Shown here piece after piece: positions 49,601 to 61,109 of a DNA stretch of 64,000 nucleotides (within the stretch, counting starts at the first letter, position 1; each line of letters starts with the position of its first letter). The DNA is from Macrostomum hystrix (lineage: Eukaryota > Animalia > Platyhelminthes). The notes below the pieces were generated by a model. The model was not told where the DNA came from and did no database searches. It saw only the letters and a program-made list of their open reading frames with translations. The position numbers and the translations under genes are program-made. The stretch lies in NCBI GenBank assembly GCA_950097015.1, contig CATNEN010000039.1, positions 868,001 through 932,000 of the forward strand, given 5' to 3'.

Positions 49601-52600
49601 TGACGCCGATCGCGCCTAGATTGGCGAGGTTCGGCATCAGCCAGCGGCCTATGGGCAGTTGCGAGTTGAGACAGTCGCCGCCGTCGAAGTCGCATTGGCT
49701 GGTGTTGCAGGGCAGATCGCAGGATCTGCGAAGTCGAGGAAGATTTGACGATTTTCTGCGTACAAAGGTCAGGCGTCCACGCGGCGAGTGCCAGCCCAGC
49801 ACAGATGCAATCCACATGAGAATTCACATAGACTCCAGGCGCAATTCACGTGTGAATTCACATAGACTCCAGGTGCAATCCACATGAGAATTCACATAGA
49901 CTCCAGGCGCAATCCACATGTGAATTCACATAGACTCCAGGCGCAATTCACATGTGAATTCACATAGACTCCAGGCGCAATTCACATGTGAATTCACATA
50001 GACTCCAGGCGCAATCCACATGTGAATTCACATAGACTCCAGGCGCAATTCACATGTGAATTCACATTGACTGCCCGCCTCACCCGTCGGCAATCCAGCT
50101 GTGCGGGCAGCCGACAGCGCAGTTTGGCACTTCCCAGCTCTGGAAGATTCGGTACCCCGCAGCCGGACTGTAGAAGTCATGTGGGTGCACCGGTCGCGTC
50201 AGGAAGACGTCATCGTTAAAGTACAGAAAGTGTTCAGACAGGCCGCGAATTCTGTGCAGATGGCTCTCGATGGCCGGCGCATTGAAGGTGGGCAGGTGCG
50301 ACTTGTTTGGGAAAATTTCCTGTGAATTGTTTGAAAGTGAAGATGTGATTGTTTCGCACCAACATCATAACTGTTATTGGCTGCACCATCTCCAACCTGG
50401 CTCTCGCTCGTTCACCCCACCCCTCCTCAACCCTCACCGCCCAGCTCATTAGCCTAGGCTCTGCCATCTATTTGCTCATCTGAAATTTGGGAAAACTAAG
50501 CTTCGCTTCGATTGGACCTTCGCTGGTGGTCAAGGCCGATCTGCTTCACTCACCTGGTGCGTGACCACAGAGAGGCGCGGATTGGACAGGTTGAGCCAGG
50601 TAGGCACCTGGCCGTTGGTCACCAGGTAGATGCGACGCAGCCATGGCGCGAATTGACTCACCGATCGCAGCGAGTACCTCAGCTCCTATAATTGAAACAG
50701 GTGCCTCTGCTGCCTTTATCTGCTCGCCTGTTCGACCACTGGCAGAATGTCTCAGCCCTGCCCCAGAGACTCACGTCATTGTCCTCAAAGCGACTTCGCT
50801 CCCTGCCGGTGTTCGCGGAGCCGAAGGACAGAAGCACGGAGGTGTGGCTGGCCAGCAGCTCGCGGCTTCTGGACAGCTTCAACTGGGAGAATATTACATA
50901 CTAGTAGTCGAGCTATAAACCACCCAGCCAAAACACCCAAAAACCAGCAGCCAATCATAAACACCCCAGAAACCAGCAGCCAATCATAAACACCCCAGAA
51001 ACCAGCAGCCAATCATAAACACCCCAGAAACCAGCAGCCAATCATAGACACCCCAGAAACCAGCAGCCAATCATAGACACCCCAGAAACCAGCAGCCAAT
51101 CATAGACACCCCAGAAACCAGCAGCCAATCATAGACACCCCAGAAACCAGCAGCCAATCATAGACACCCCAGAAACCAGCAGCCAATCATAGACACCCCA
51201 GCAACCAGCAGCCAATCAAAGACACCCCAGCAACAAGTTAGCAACTGCAGCAGGCCTCACTGTCGCGGCCTCTAGGGCGAGCTCCTTGTCCCGGACTGAG
51301 GCGAAATGCGCCACGGCCAGCCGCCGTCTCGGCCTGTGCAGCCGCAGCTCGAGCCGTCGCAGCCGTCCGCCGAAGCCGCTGAGAAGACGCCGCAGGCGGC
51401 CCTCGCGCACCGAGGCGGTAACTTCGAGAGCAGCGGCGAGCGGCAGCTCGAATACCGGGATGGCAGTCGGATTAGCGAATGCCTGAGGATTTTGGAATAT
51501 TTTGGGACGGCAGTCGAGAATTCGAGCTTTGACGGAATTGCTACTCACACGTCAGTGACACCTATGTTAGCGTCATTATAAATGTAGCTAACTTAGTTCG
51601 ACCCCCCTAACAACCCCGCAATTCTACTCCACTCGACTCCAATCCGCTACAATTCTACTCCACTCGACTCCAATCCGCTACAATTCTACTCCACTCGACT
51701 CCAATTCTACCCCAGTCTGCTCCTATCCTACCCCACTCTGCTCCAATTCTACCCCACTCTGCTCCAATTCTACCCCACTCTGCTCCAATTCTACCCCACT
51801 CTGCTCCAATTCTACCCCAGTCTGCTCCATTCAATACCAAATATCCTATGCTGAGAAGTGAGCAGTCTATTGAGCAATTAGGAGCAAAACAAGAAGCGCA
51901 GGACTCAATCGGATTCACAAATTTTATTTGCTAAATCTCTTAAGTCGAGAAGAACAGGTGCCTCTGATTTGTTTTCTGACACTGAAGAGCCAGGTTTAAA
52001 CTGGTTTTGAATAGCACAGGATTGCTGACTGACACACAATGTGCCAGAAACCAGCAGCCAATCATAGACACCCCAGAAACCAGCAGTTTGAGCACCTTGA
52101 ACAGGTGACTTAAAGGTTTAAAGTCTGCTGAGAGAAGTGCTTCAATAATCCGTTTTCACTGAGACTAAGGGCACCAGTTGATCCAGGCCTTCGAGTATCA
52201 GCCGCGCTCAAAGAATTCCCCGTCCAATGTGCCGTTCAGGGCAGTCGGTGCCAGCGCAAACTCCAGCAGGTGGCACCGACCCATCTGCAGGCTGAATACG
52301 AATGCCTGGCAAGCCGAGCCGCACAGGTGAGCACACTCGGTCAGACCACGGCCAGTCACAGTTCTGAAGGCCAAGGCGCTCGGCTTGCCAACATCCGCCA
52401 GGCTCCGGTTGCCGACTACAAAGAAGTTCTCGGCTGAAATGGCCCATTTTCAGCTCTAAAAGCAGTTCTCATGGTCGGCGGGTGCTTTTGTGATAGTTTG
52501 AGCAAAGCTTGAGCACAACCCCAGCTCAGCCACCCGAATGAAGCCTCACTGTGGAAGTAGTTCAGCTTGAGCACAACCCCAGCTCAGCCACCCGAATGAA

Positions 52601-55600
52601 GCCTCACTGTGGAAGTAGTTCAGCTTGAGCACAACCCCAGCTCAGCCACCCGAATGAAGCCTCACTGTGGAAGTAGTTCAGCTTGAGCACAACCTTCAGC
52701 TCAGCCACCCGAATGAAGCCTCACTGTGGAAGTAGTTCAGCTTGAGCACAACCCCAGCTCAGCCACCCGAATGAAGCCTCACTGTGGAAGTAGTTCAGCT
52801 TGAGCACAACCCCAGCTCAGCCACCCGAATGAAGCCTCACTGTGGAAGTAGTTCAGCTTGAGCACAACCCCAGCTCAGCCACCCGAATGAAGCCTCACTG
52901 TGGAAGTAGTTCAGCTTGAGCACAACCCCAGCTCAGCCACCCGAATGAAGCCTCACTGTGGAAGTAGTTCAGCTTGAGCACAACCCCAGCTCAGCCACCC
53001 GAATGAAGCCTCACTGTGGAAGTAGTTCAGCTTGAGCACAAAATTCCGGAAGCTGCCGCCGCAGTTTTCAGTGCTGTCGCCCTTGCAGGCGAGGCTGCAG
53101 TCATTGGCCGCCGCGACCCCCAGCGCGCCGTAGGCGTTGCCGCAGCTGCACCACTGCGAGGCCTGCAGAGCGGCGAACTGGAAGCCTCCCAGAGCGCAGA
53201 CATTGGCGCACAGTCGGTGCGTCATCTGGTCGCGGTACACGAAGACGTCGTTGTTGTTCTGATTCAGGGAACGGCTGCCCAGCCGGCGCAAGCCGAAGTC
53301 CTTCAGGCCGGAGAACTCTCGCTGACCGTTGGTGCCATCGATGAAGCAGCCCAGACTGGTGAGTTGGAGCTGTCTGGCCCGGGCTGCGGGGAGCACGCAG
53401 GCCAGCAGCAGGACAGCTGAGGCGCCGCAAGCCATCAGTGGCAGCGAATCGAAATCATCGGCCGCAGTTGCTGGGCTGTCTTTTATGCGCTTATTTTGTT
53501 TGTTGCTGCGTTTCGAAGGCTCAGGTTGAGATTGAGCAGATTTCTTACCCGTTATCCAGCTGAAAATAGCAATCATGCGAAGGCACCGCAGGGCTATTGT
53601 GTGGCTGGCACATTGTATGTCAGTAAGCAATCCTGTGCTATTCAAAACCAGTTTAAACCTGGCTCTTCAGTGCAGAAAACAAAGGACCAGTTTGACAATC
53701 GCTGAAATGCAATTTCCTTGAGCTATTATTTTTAATCCCAGCCTTTCAACACTGCCTTTCGGCTGGAGAAACGAGTCGTTTTATAGTCTTTCATATTCTG
53801 GACACGGATGGTGTGTCTGGTATAAGCCTCTTGTTCAATAATCTGCCGTTCTGAGCTGCTGTTAGCCCACCGATATCTGCGAAAACCCAAAAATAGCAGA
53901 ATTTGATGAATGCAAAACGGTGCAAAACGGTGACGAACTCCTGAAATCATCGTTCTATGTGATCTTGAGTGTCGTAGTTGCGAAGCCAGTCACAACACCG
54001 ACTTGCGAAGAAATATATGCAAATCCAATACACTTCGTAATTTTGACAAGTGTTGAACTTGAGATGTGGCACCGAAAGTAAAAACATACTATTAGGACTC
54101 ACACAGAACAGTCGGGACTCACACAGAACAGTCGGGACTCACATAGAACAGTCGGGACTCACACAGAACAGTCGGGACTCACATAGAACAGTCGGGACTC
54201 ACACAGAACAGTCGGGACTCACATAGAACAGTCGGGACTCACACAGAACAGTCGGGACTCACATAGAACAGTCGGGACTCACACAGAACAGTCGGGACTC
54301 ACACAGAACAGTCGGGACTCACACAGAACAGTCGGGACTCACACAGAACAGTCGGGACTCACACAGAACAGTCGGGACTCACATAGAACAGTCGGGACTC
54401 ACACAGAACAGTCGGGACTCACATAGAAAAGCGGCTCGCCCCAACTGTCGGTCTCCTTCTGTCTTAGTCGCGGTCGAGCTCCACCAAAGCCACACCGCTT
54501 GCAGCCGGCGGTCACTTTGAACTCGTCCGCTGACGCTGCCGTTGACGTTGCTGGCGTTGACATGATGTCAGCACTGACGCTGGTGTTGGAGATAGATGGA
54601 CTGGACTCAGCAGAGTCCACAAACACGTAGGGAGACGGGAAGCAGGGGTTGTCATCAGAGCACACGGAGTTGCTTCTGAAATTGGCAGGTTCACGTTTGA
54701 AATAAATCCAAAGAAAAAAACGGAATTCTGTGAATTCCCAGACTTTTCTGCAAGACATTCAGAAGCAGCTGACAATGAAGTGCATTCGATGTCAGGGGAA
54801 AGGCGCTCTCAAACTCACTCTCTGCGATGGTAGAGCTCCAGCTGCGTCAGGAAGGCAGGGTCGCTACCGTTCACCCAGGTGTAGACAGCGTCGATAGGCC
54901 AGGGCCCGGTCAGGCTAAAGTACGGCAAGAGCACAATCGGGATAGAATGAACTGGACACATGACAGGCTCGGGTCACAAGAGGACAATCGGAATAAATGA
55001 ACTGGACACATGACAGGCTCGGGTCACAAGAGTACAATCGGAATAGAATGAACTGGACACATGACAGGCTCGGGTCACAAGAGTACAATCGGAATAGAAT
55101 GAACTGGACACATGACAGGCTCAGGTCACAAGAGTACAATCAGAATAGAATGAACTGGACACATGACAGGCTCGGGTCACAAGAGCACAATCGGAATAGA
55201 ATGAACTGGACACATGACAGGCTCGGGTCACAAGAGCACAATCGGAATAGAATGAACTGGACACATGACAGGCTCGGGTCACAAGAGCACAATCGGAATA
55301 GAATGAACTGGACACATGACAGGCTCGGGTCACAAGAGCACAATCGGAATAGAATGAACTGGACACATGACAGGCTCGGGTCACAAGAGCACAATCGGAA
55401 TAGAATGAACTGGACACATGACAGGCTCGGGTCACAAGAGGACAATCGGAATAGAATGAACTGGACACATGACAGGCTCGGGTCACAAGATTACAATCGG
55501 AATAGAATGAACTGGACACATGACAGGCTCGGGTCACAAGAGGACAATCGGAATAGAATGAACTGGACACATGACAGGCTCGGGTCACAAGAGCACAATC

Positions 55601-57232
55601 GGAATAGAATGAATTGGACACATGACAGGCTCGGGTCACAAGATTACAATCGGAATAGAATGAACTGGACACATGACAGGCTCGGGTCACAAGAGGACAA
55701 TCGGAATAGAATGAACTGGACACATGACAGGCTCGGGTCACAAGAGGACAATCGGAATAGAATGAACTGGACACATGACAGGCTCGGGTCACAAGATTAC
55801 AATCGGAATAGAATGAATTGGACACATGACAGGCTCGGGTCACAAGAGTACAATCGGAATAGAATGAACTGGACACATGACAGGCTCGGGTCACAAGAGG
55901 ACAATCGGAATAGAATGAATTGGACACATGACAGGCTCGGGTCACAAGATTACAATCGGAATAGAATGAATTGGACACATGACAGGCTCGGGTCACAAGA
56001 GGACAATCGGAATAGAATGAACTGGACACATGACAGGCTCGGGTCACAAGAGGACAATCGGAATAGAATGATCTGGACACATGACAGGCTCGGGTCACAA
56101 GAGTACAATCGGAATAGAATGAATTGGACACATGACAGGCTCGGGTCACAAGAGTACAATCGGAATAGAATGAACTGGACACATGACAGGCTCGGGTCAC
56201 AAGAGTACAATCGGAATAGAATGAACTGGACACATGACAGGCTCGGGTCACAAGAGGACAATCGGGTTAGAATGAACTGGACACATGACAGGCTCGGGTC
56301 ACAAGATTACAATCGGAATAGAATGAATTGGACACATGACAGGCTCGGGTCACAAGATTACAATCGGAATAGAATGAACTGGACACATGACAGGCTCGGT
56401 CACAGTGAGGCCGTCACAACTTCCTAACGTAGCTTTCGCCCCCATGAAGGTTGAAACTAGCAAAAGCTGGCATTGAATCAAGCGAATCGCGCTAACTCAC
56501 TCCAGATTAGACGATGACAAGCGGAACGACTTTAAGCATTCTTTATCATCCTGAGGTACATTTACGCGGTCTCGCAATGGCAGCAGCAGCCTCTGAAAAA
56601 GTATGAAAATATATTCGTAAGAGGTGCAGCTTCATGAACCTTATTTGTTGTACTTTATTTTTTAAATATAAAAATCTGCACCTTTTAAAGCGTTAAAGCG
56701 TTATTAAAAAAATAATGATAATAATATTAATAATGTGCCTAAAAGCCTTCCATCGCTTTAACATATAAGCTCTCATTGATTGAGCTTATTGGTTTAACAG
56801 CTAGCCGATATGTATCGAAATACTATCAACCAATGGCAAATAGACACACATGTAGGTCCACAGCACTTCTTCTATGGCTGAATTGAAACCTAAATTGGGA
56901 GGATAGAAATTGCGTCCAAGCCTGTTGGGCCACTGGCACAGCCACAGCTACTAAGCTGTGTGACTAGTACGCAGTGCTTGCCACACCCACACTAGCTAAT
57001 GCCAGAATCTAGAATCTGCATGCTATCCTACTCTGCAGCCTGCAGCTTGTTCAGTGGCTTGAACTGGGAGACTGAGGGGCAGCGGGCACCACACAAGGCA
57101 ACTTGCAGTCAGCCTCACTTCGATAGCCACAACGGTCAGCAGGCAGACGCACACAGCGGCCAGGCAGCCAGACCTGCGGCCCGACCTGCAGTTGAGCAGG
57201 TCCAAGAGCCGGCGCTGCACCAGCTTTCGCAT
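43672..57232 (-). CDS. GNPTAB: GlcNAc-1-phosphotransferase alpha/beta precursor (Stealth family), multi-exon
   Basis: Exon 1 57232-57119 (MRKLVQRR plus TM), then 56592-56501. CR1 [13 protein letters not shown] at ~54870. CR2 RFEDND|[32 protein letters not shown] at 50.1-50.8 kb. LNR repeats at 49.5-49.8 kb. CR3 PAHMPH and [11 protein letters not shown] at 46.5-47.2 kb. CR4 [16 protein letters not shown] at 44.2-44.3 kb. C-terminal TM, stop at 43672. Some internal exon edges are approximate. Confidence 0.93.
44350..45605 (+). repeat. 22-bp minisatellite (GNPTAB intron)
   Basis: TATGCAATCCATGCAACAATCC repeats. Confidence 0.97.
45860..46097 (+). repeat. (GAGT)n microsatellite (GNPTAB intron)
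   Basis: Direct inspection. Confidence 0.97.
46625..47030 (+). repeat. 51-bp repeat decaying into CCTACCC/CATG-rich repeats (GNPTAB intron)
   Basis: TACCCCATGTACATAGCCCACACAGTGCCTACCCTTTGCC.. about 4 copies. Confidence 0.9.
47545..48522 (+). repeat. ~16-bp minisatellite with a higher-order duplication (GNPTAB intron)
   Basis: ACTCAGACACCTGGAT repeats. The interrupting block GGTTAATAGGTTCATGGTTCAGACG occurs twice (~47762 and ~48023). Confidence 0.95.
49806..50068 (+). repeat. 34-bp minisatellite (GNPTAB intron)
   Basis: GAATTCACATAGACTCCAGGCGCAATTCACATGT repeats. Confidence 0.95.
50930..51235 (+). repeat. 29-bp minisatellite (GNPTAB intron)
   Basis: GAAACCAGCAGCCAATCATAGACACCCCA repeats. 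Confidence 0.95.
51620..51830 (+). repeat. 21-bp and related repeats (GNPTAB intron)
   Basis: CCAATTCTACCCCACTCTGCT repeats. Confidence 0.9.
52198..53435 (-). CDS. Secreted WSC + PAN/apple domain protein (~218 aa) nested in a GNPTAB intron; exons 53435-53015 and 52433-52198
   Basis: Signal peptide [23 protein letters not shown] domain [34 protein letters not shown]. Phase-1 intron. Exon 2 reads ..[30 protein letters not shown]. Confidence 0.85.
52507..53041 (-). repeat. 58-bp tandem repeat (~9 copies) derived from the exon/intron junction
   Basis: Each unit is the last ~26 nt of exon 1 plus the GTGAGG donor and the intron start. Confidence 0.97.
54095..54428 (-). repeat. 20-bp tandem repeat containing the splice donor (TTCTRT|GTGAGTCCCGAC)
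   Basis: The first unit on the - strand overlaps the GNPTAB exon end at 54423. Confidence 0.97.
54926..56403 (+). repeat. 51-bp minisatellite, ~29 copies (GNPTAB intron 2)
   Basis: ACAATCGGAATAGAATGAACTGGACACATGACAGGCTCGGGTCACAAGAG.. repeats. Confidence 0.98.
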
Positions 57233-57544
57233 GTCGATCTGCACGGCAGCTGTGGAAGCAGGCGATGCTCCGAGAAAGTGCTGCTGCACAAAGCCCTTGC
57301 GCTGCTCCTTATCGCTCCGTCAATTATGGCACCAGTGTCCGATTAACTCGTGGGCGCACTGGTTGAAACTCTGTTAGTAGCAGAAAAGTTTTCGGGGCAT
57401 ACTATTATGTACAGTACGTGTCATGCATATAACCAGGTATATCCGTGTTCTCACTATTAACATATTGACTTTCCTTTTTCAAATCTCTAAATCTTTTTAT
57501 GGAAGCAATCCCAATAACTACAAAACCATATAGCATTCTATCAG

Positions 57545-57910
57545 CAGCAATCCACCACTTCAAATCCTTCGATTGGCAGCAATCCCCCACTTTAAATCCT
57601 TCGATTGGCAGCAATCCCCCACTTCGAATCCTTCGATTGGCAGCAATCCCCCATTTCAAATCCTTCGATTGGCAGCAATCCCCCACTTCAAATCCTTCGA
57701 TTGGCAGCAATCCCCCACTTCGAATCCTTCGATTGGCAGCAATCCTCCATTTCAAATCCTTCGATTGGCAGCAATCCCCCACTTCAAATCCTTCGATTGG
57801 CAGCAATCCCCCACTTCAAATCCTTCGATTGGCAGCAATCCCCCACTTCAAATCTTCGATTGGCAGCAATCCCCCACTTCACATCCTTCGATTTGCAGAA
57901 ATCCCCCTCA
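57545..57910 (+). repeat. 32-bp minisatellite upstream of GNPTAB
   Basis: AAATCCTTCGATTGGCAGCAATCCCCCACTTC repeats. Confidence 0.95.
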
Positions 57911-58624
57911 CTTCCGTCTCAGCGTGCGGTGCCTTACTTCAAGCACATCAATTGAATGTCAAGTACTGGAATAAGTGTACTACGTACAAGTATATACATC
58001 TGTAACATAAAATCCATGCAGCTTAAAGTTTGCAGTCTGCAATCACATACCAGCAATTAAGTTGTCAATATGGATAATGCGGCTGCAATTGTCACAGGTA
58101 CATAGTGAAGTCGGCGCAATTCATAATCAGAAAAAATAAATTGATCAGAAGGAGACGCTGCGTCACACCTGTAGCCCACAGCTGGTGCACAGCCGTACTC
58201 AATTTTTTGCTTGCCTGGTCTCTTGCGCAAGGGCGCTAATAATACTGAGCAGCAAGCTCAACCCCATTGACACGTCTGCGCATAAAATATAGTCATGATC
58301 ACACTGTCAATAGTGCGAATGGGGATACCATGACGCTGTTGCGAGGTGAGGGAATTGATCCAGAAATCTGAGGCGCGGAACTAAGCTCTGCAGATTACAT
58401 GGAATGAGATCTAATCCTGCACAACACGCTTTTTCATAGACAACACCACTGAGGCTGTCTTCTGTACTGCACTGAATAGTAAGTTGTTGAGAATAACGAT
58501 ATTATTTCAGTGTTAGCCATAAATTCAGCTTCAAAACTACAAGTATATAAGCTGGCCACTTGAGATTGGTAAAGTAACAAGTCTTTGTCTGATTAAGCAA
58601 CACACACCTATCTGTGTAGTCACT

Positions 58625-58936
58625 CTATCTGTGCGTGTGTCTTTGTGTCTAAACAGTGCATCAGAACTCGTGCCCTATCTGTGTTTGTGTCCAAACAGTG
58701 CATCAGAACTCGTGCCCTATCTGTGTTTGTGTCGAAACAGTGCATCAGAACTCGTGCCCTATCTGTGTTTGTGTCTAAACAGTGCATCAGAACTCGTGCC
58801 CTATCTGTGTTTGTGTCTAAACAGTGCATCAGAACTCGTGCCCTATCTGTGTTTGTGTCCAAACAGTGCATCAGAACTCGTGCCCTATCTGTGTTTGTGT
58901 CCAAACAGTGCATCAGAACTCGTGCCCTATCTGTGT
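58625..58936 (+). repeat. 42-bp minisatellite
   Basis: CTATCTGTGTTTGTGTCYAAACAGTGCATCAGAACTCGTGCC, about 7 copies. Confidence 0.95.
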
Positions 58937-61109
58937 AGTCGATATGAAAGACAGAATTGTATTTTGTGGTTTGGCAGAGAGATTCAAAATCAGTGCTCAA
59001 ATGCATCGAGAATCATTGAGTGAATTTTTAGGTCAAAATGTGATGCAGGTTTGAAATATTAAAATAATTGAGTCTAACTTTAACATTTTCAGATTCTCAT
59101 TTATCTTATATAAACTAGCTATCAGCTTAGCACACGGAATAAAAATAATTTTGATCTATTTATTAGATATTGATGAATTGCATCAAATCAAAGCAAACAG
59201 AATTGTATATATATTAATGAGCAAAAATTCTACTAATTACAGTTTAATGAGAAAATTCTGTGGTGGCAAGACACATTAATTATTGAGCATTACAAGCGCA
59301 ATAGCTTAGTGGTAATCAATGAAATTTACAGTAAGTAACATTCATTTTGTCAATTAGTAAAGTATACAAACAGTATTCATACTAAGACCAATGTTTAAGC
59401 AGGTAACTTGCATTGTATTAGTCTGTTGTTGTCCAGTGAGTCAATTAAGTTGACCATTTAACCTGAAGGAGAAAAAAGAAGAAAGCATTTATTTGTTACT
59501 AATTAGCAATATTGAATAGGCCCCTACACTTACATTATCAGACTTAAACAATATACAAATAATATACAAAAAACTAAAAAAATAATCACCTGAGGCCTGA
59601 AAATGTGTTGTTATTTAGTGCTTACAAGTTTAGGTCTTAAATTCAAACTCTGGTCAAATTAATTTCACCTCTTGCTTCTGGTGCTCTCCCTCCTGACCTG
59701 ACTTCATATCCTGACCAAAATTGAGAAGTTGGCTATATGAGCACATGCAGGGGCACTTTCTATAGAAAGGCCTGCCAAGGTACAAGGCTACAAGGTGGTT
59801 CTGCTAGAATACACTGTGAACACAATGATATTTACTGACTCTCTGCAAATCAAGAATTTATCTCTTATCTTTATCTATAGCTAGACAATGCCTGATTGTA
59901 CATTTGAGCTTTGCCAAATGGCACACTAAGTCAACTGAACCTTAATCATATTTAGATTTCAGCAGCTATGAAGAGTTCAGTAGCAAAACACAGGTAAATA
60001 CTATATTGCTATAGTATAGTAAGTGAGCATGCAACGTAATGATAGCCAGTTTATGAATGAGCCTTTTATTTCTTTTAAAAAATAAACTTTTGACTTTTAA
60101 GTGACCTAAATTAAAACTTTGAGTCTATAGTCTTATTGGTTTTGTCGTAGGCCTACTTCTTAACTCCCACTGCTTTCACCAATTTGTTGTAGGGCTCCCT
60201 ACTTATCTTACAGCTGCCACTAAGTTGTCGTAGGCCTACCTTCTTAACTCCCACAGCTTTCACCAATTTGTCGTAGGCTCTCTCCTCTTTGGGTTAAATA
60301 TCACCGATACTCTTTTATTAAATATTAAAAATAGCTTATTTCACACCTTGGATTACCCTTTGAAATAACTCTTAATTTCCCTTGTCTATGACTTAGTTAT
60401 TCTTCATAGGCTAGCTATGTATCCTCTTATTGCATATGCATATATTGTTTAACTTGGCCAGATAGGCTGCTTTCCTTCCAAAATTGGTAGCGTTCTCACG
60501 AGTGTCCGAGCGGCAAGACACTTCTTCCTCTCCTTACTAACTCACAACTGTCTGGCTCTCTGGTTTGTTCCCAGTCTTTCAAGGCTTCCAATGGACTGAA
60601 GTTGCCCAACTTTGCACACAGTGCTGTTCCACCAATCAGGATTTTACCCTCAGCTCTTTAGTTTTACACTCTACTACGGCTTTTTTATAACTATCTCCTT
60701 CTTTATTCTTTCGAATGTTCACCAACTTGTGTATTATCACAGACCTGCTTTTCTCCCTCTCTCTAAAATAATTGAATTCAAACACTGAGATTTATTCTCC
60801 TTTGTTTTCTCAGAACTGGGCACGGGGCACCGGTTAAGGTTTCGAGGGCTAAAATGCGCTTGTATTTATACTAAGAATTGAGGTGGGTGACAAAGCATAA
60901 TAAAACAAAGACAAAAAGATCGCGGAAAACATTTGGCGGTAATTCAAGTTAGAAATATACGATAAATTTGGGCCTGCCTCAACTGGCTTCCCCTATATAA
61001 ATTTTTGAATAAGTAAAACGCGTGACAAAATTTATAAAAAGTAGAAAGTACAAATATCAGGCACACAACGCGTGACAAAAAGCAAAATAAAAACGGTTAA
61101 ATTGTCCTT

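Larger units (their letters stand above)
51968..53683. repeat. ~80-bp inverted repeat pair (51968-52047 / 53605-53683) enclosing the nested gene
   Basis: The arms are reverse complements with about 2 substitutions and 1 indel. Confidence 0.95.

Noticed and set aside
44292-58938. Repetitive ORFs at 44292-45684, 47775-48524, 54997-56427, 57499-58005 and 58620-59023
   Set aside because: Tandem-repeat translations, mostly antisense within GNPTAB introns or in upstream DNA.
60140-60280. Short duplicated block GTCGTAGGCCTAC..CACCAATTTG as a possible 3' LTR
   Set aside because: No partner LTR, PPT or TG..CA boundaries can be established within the window.
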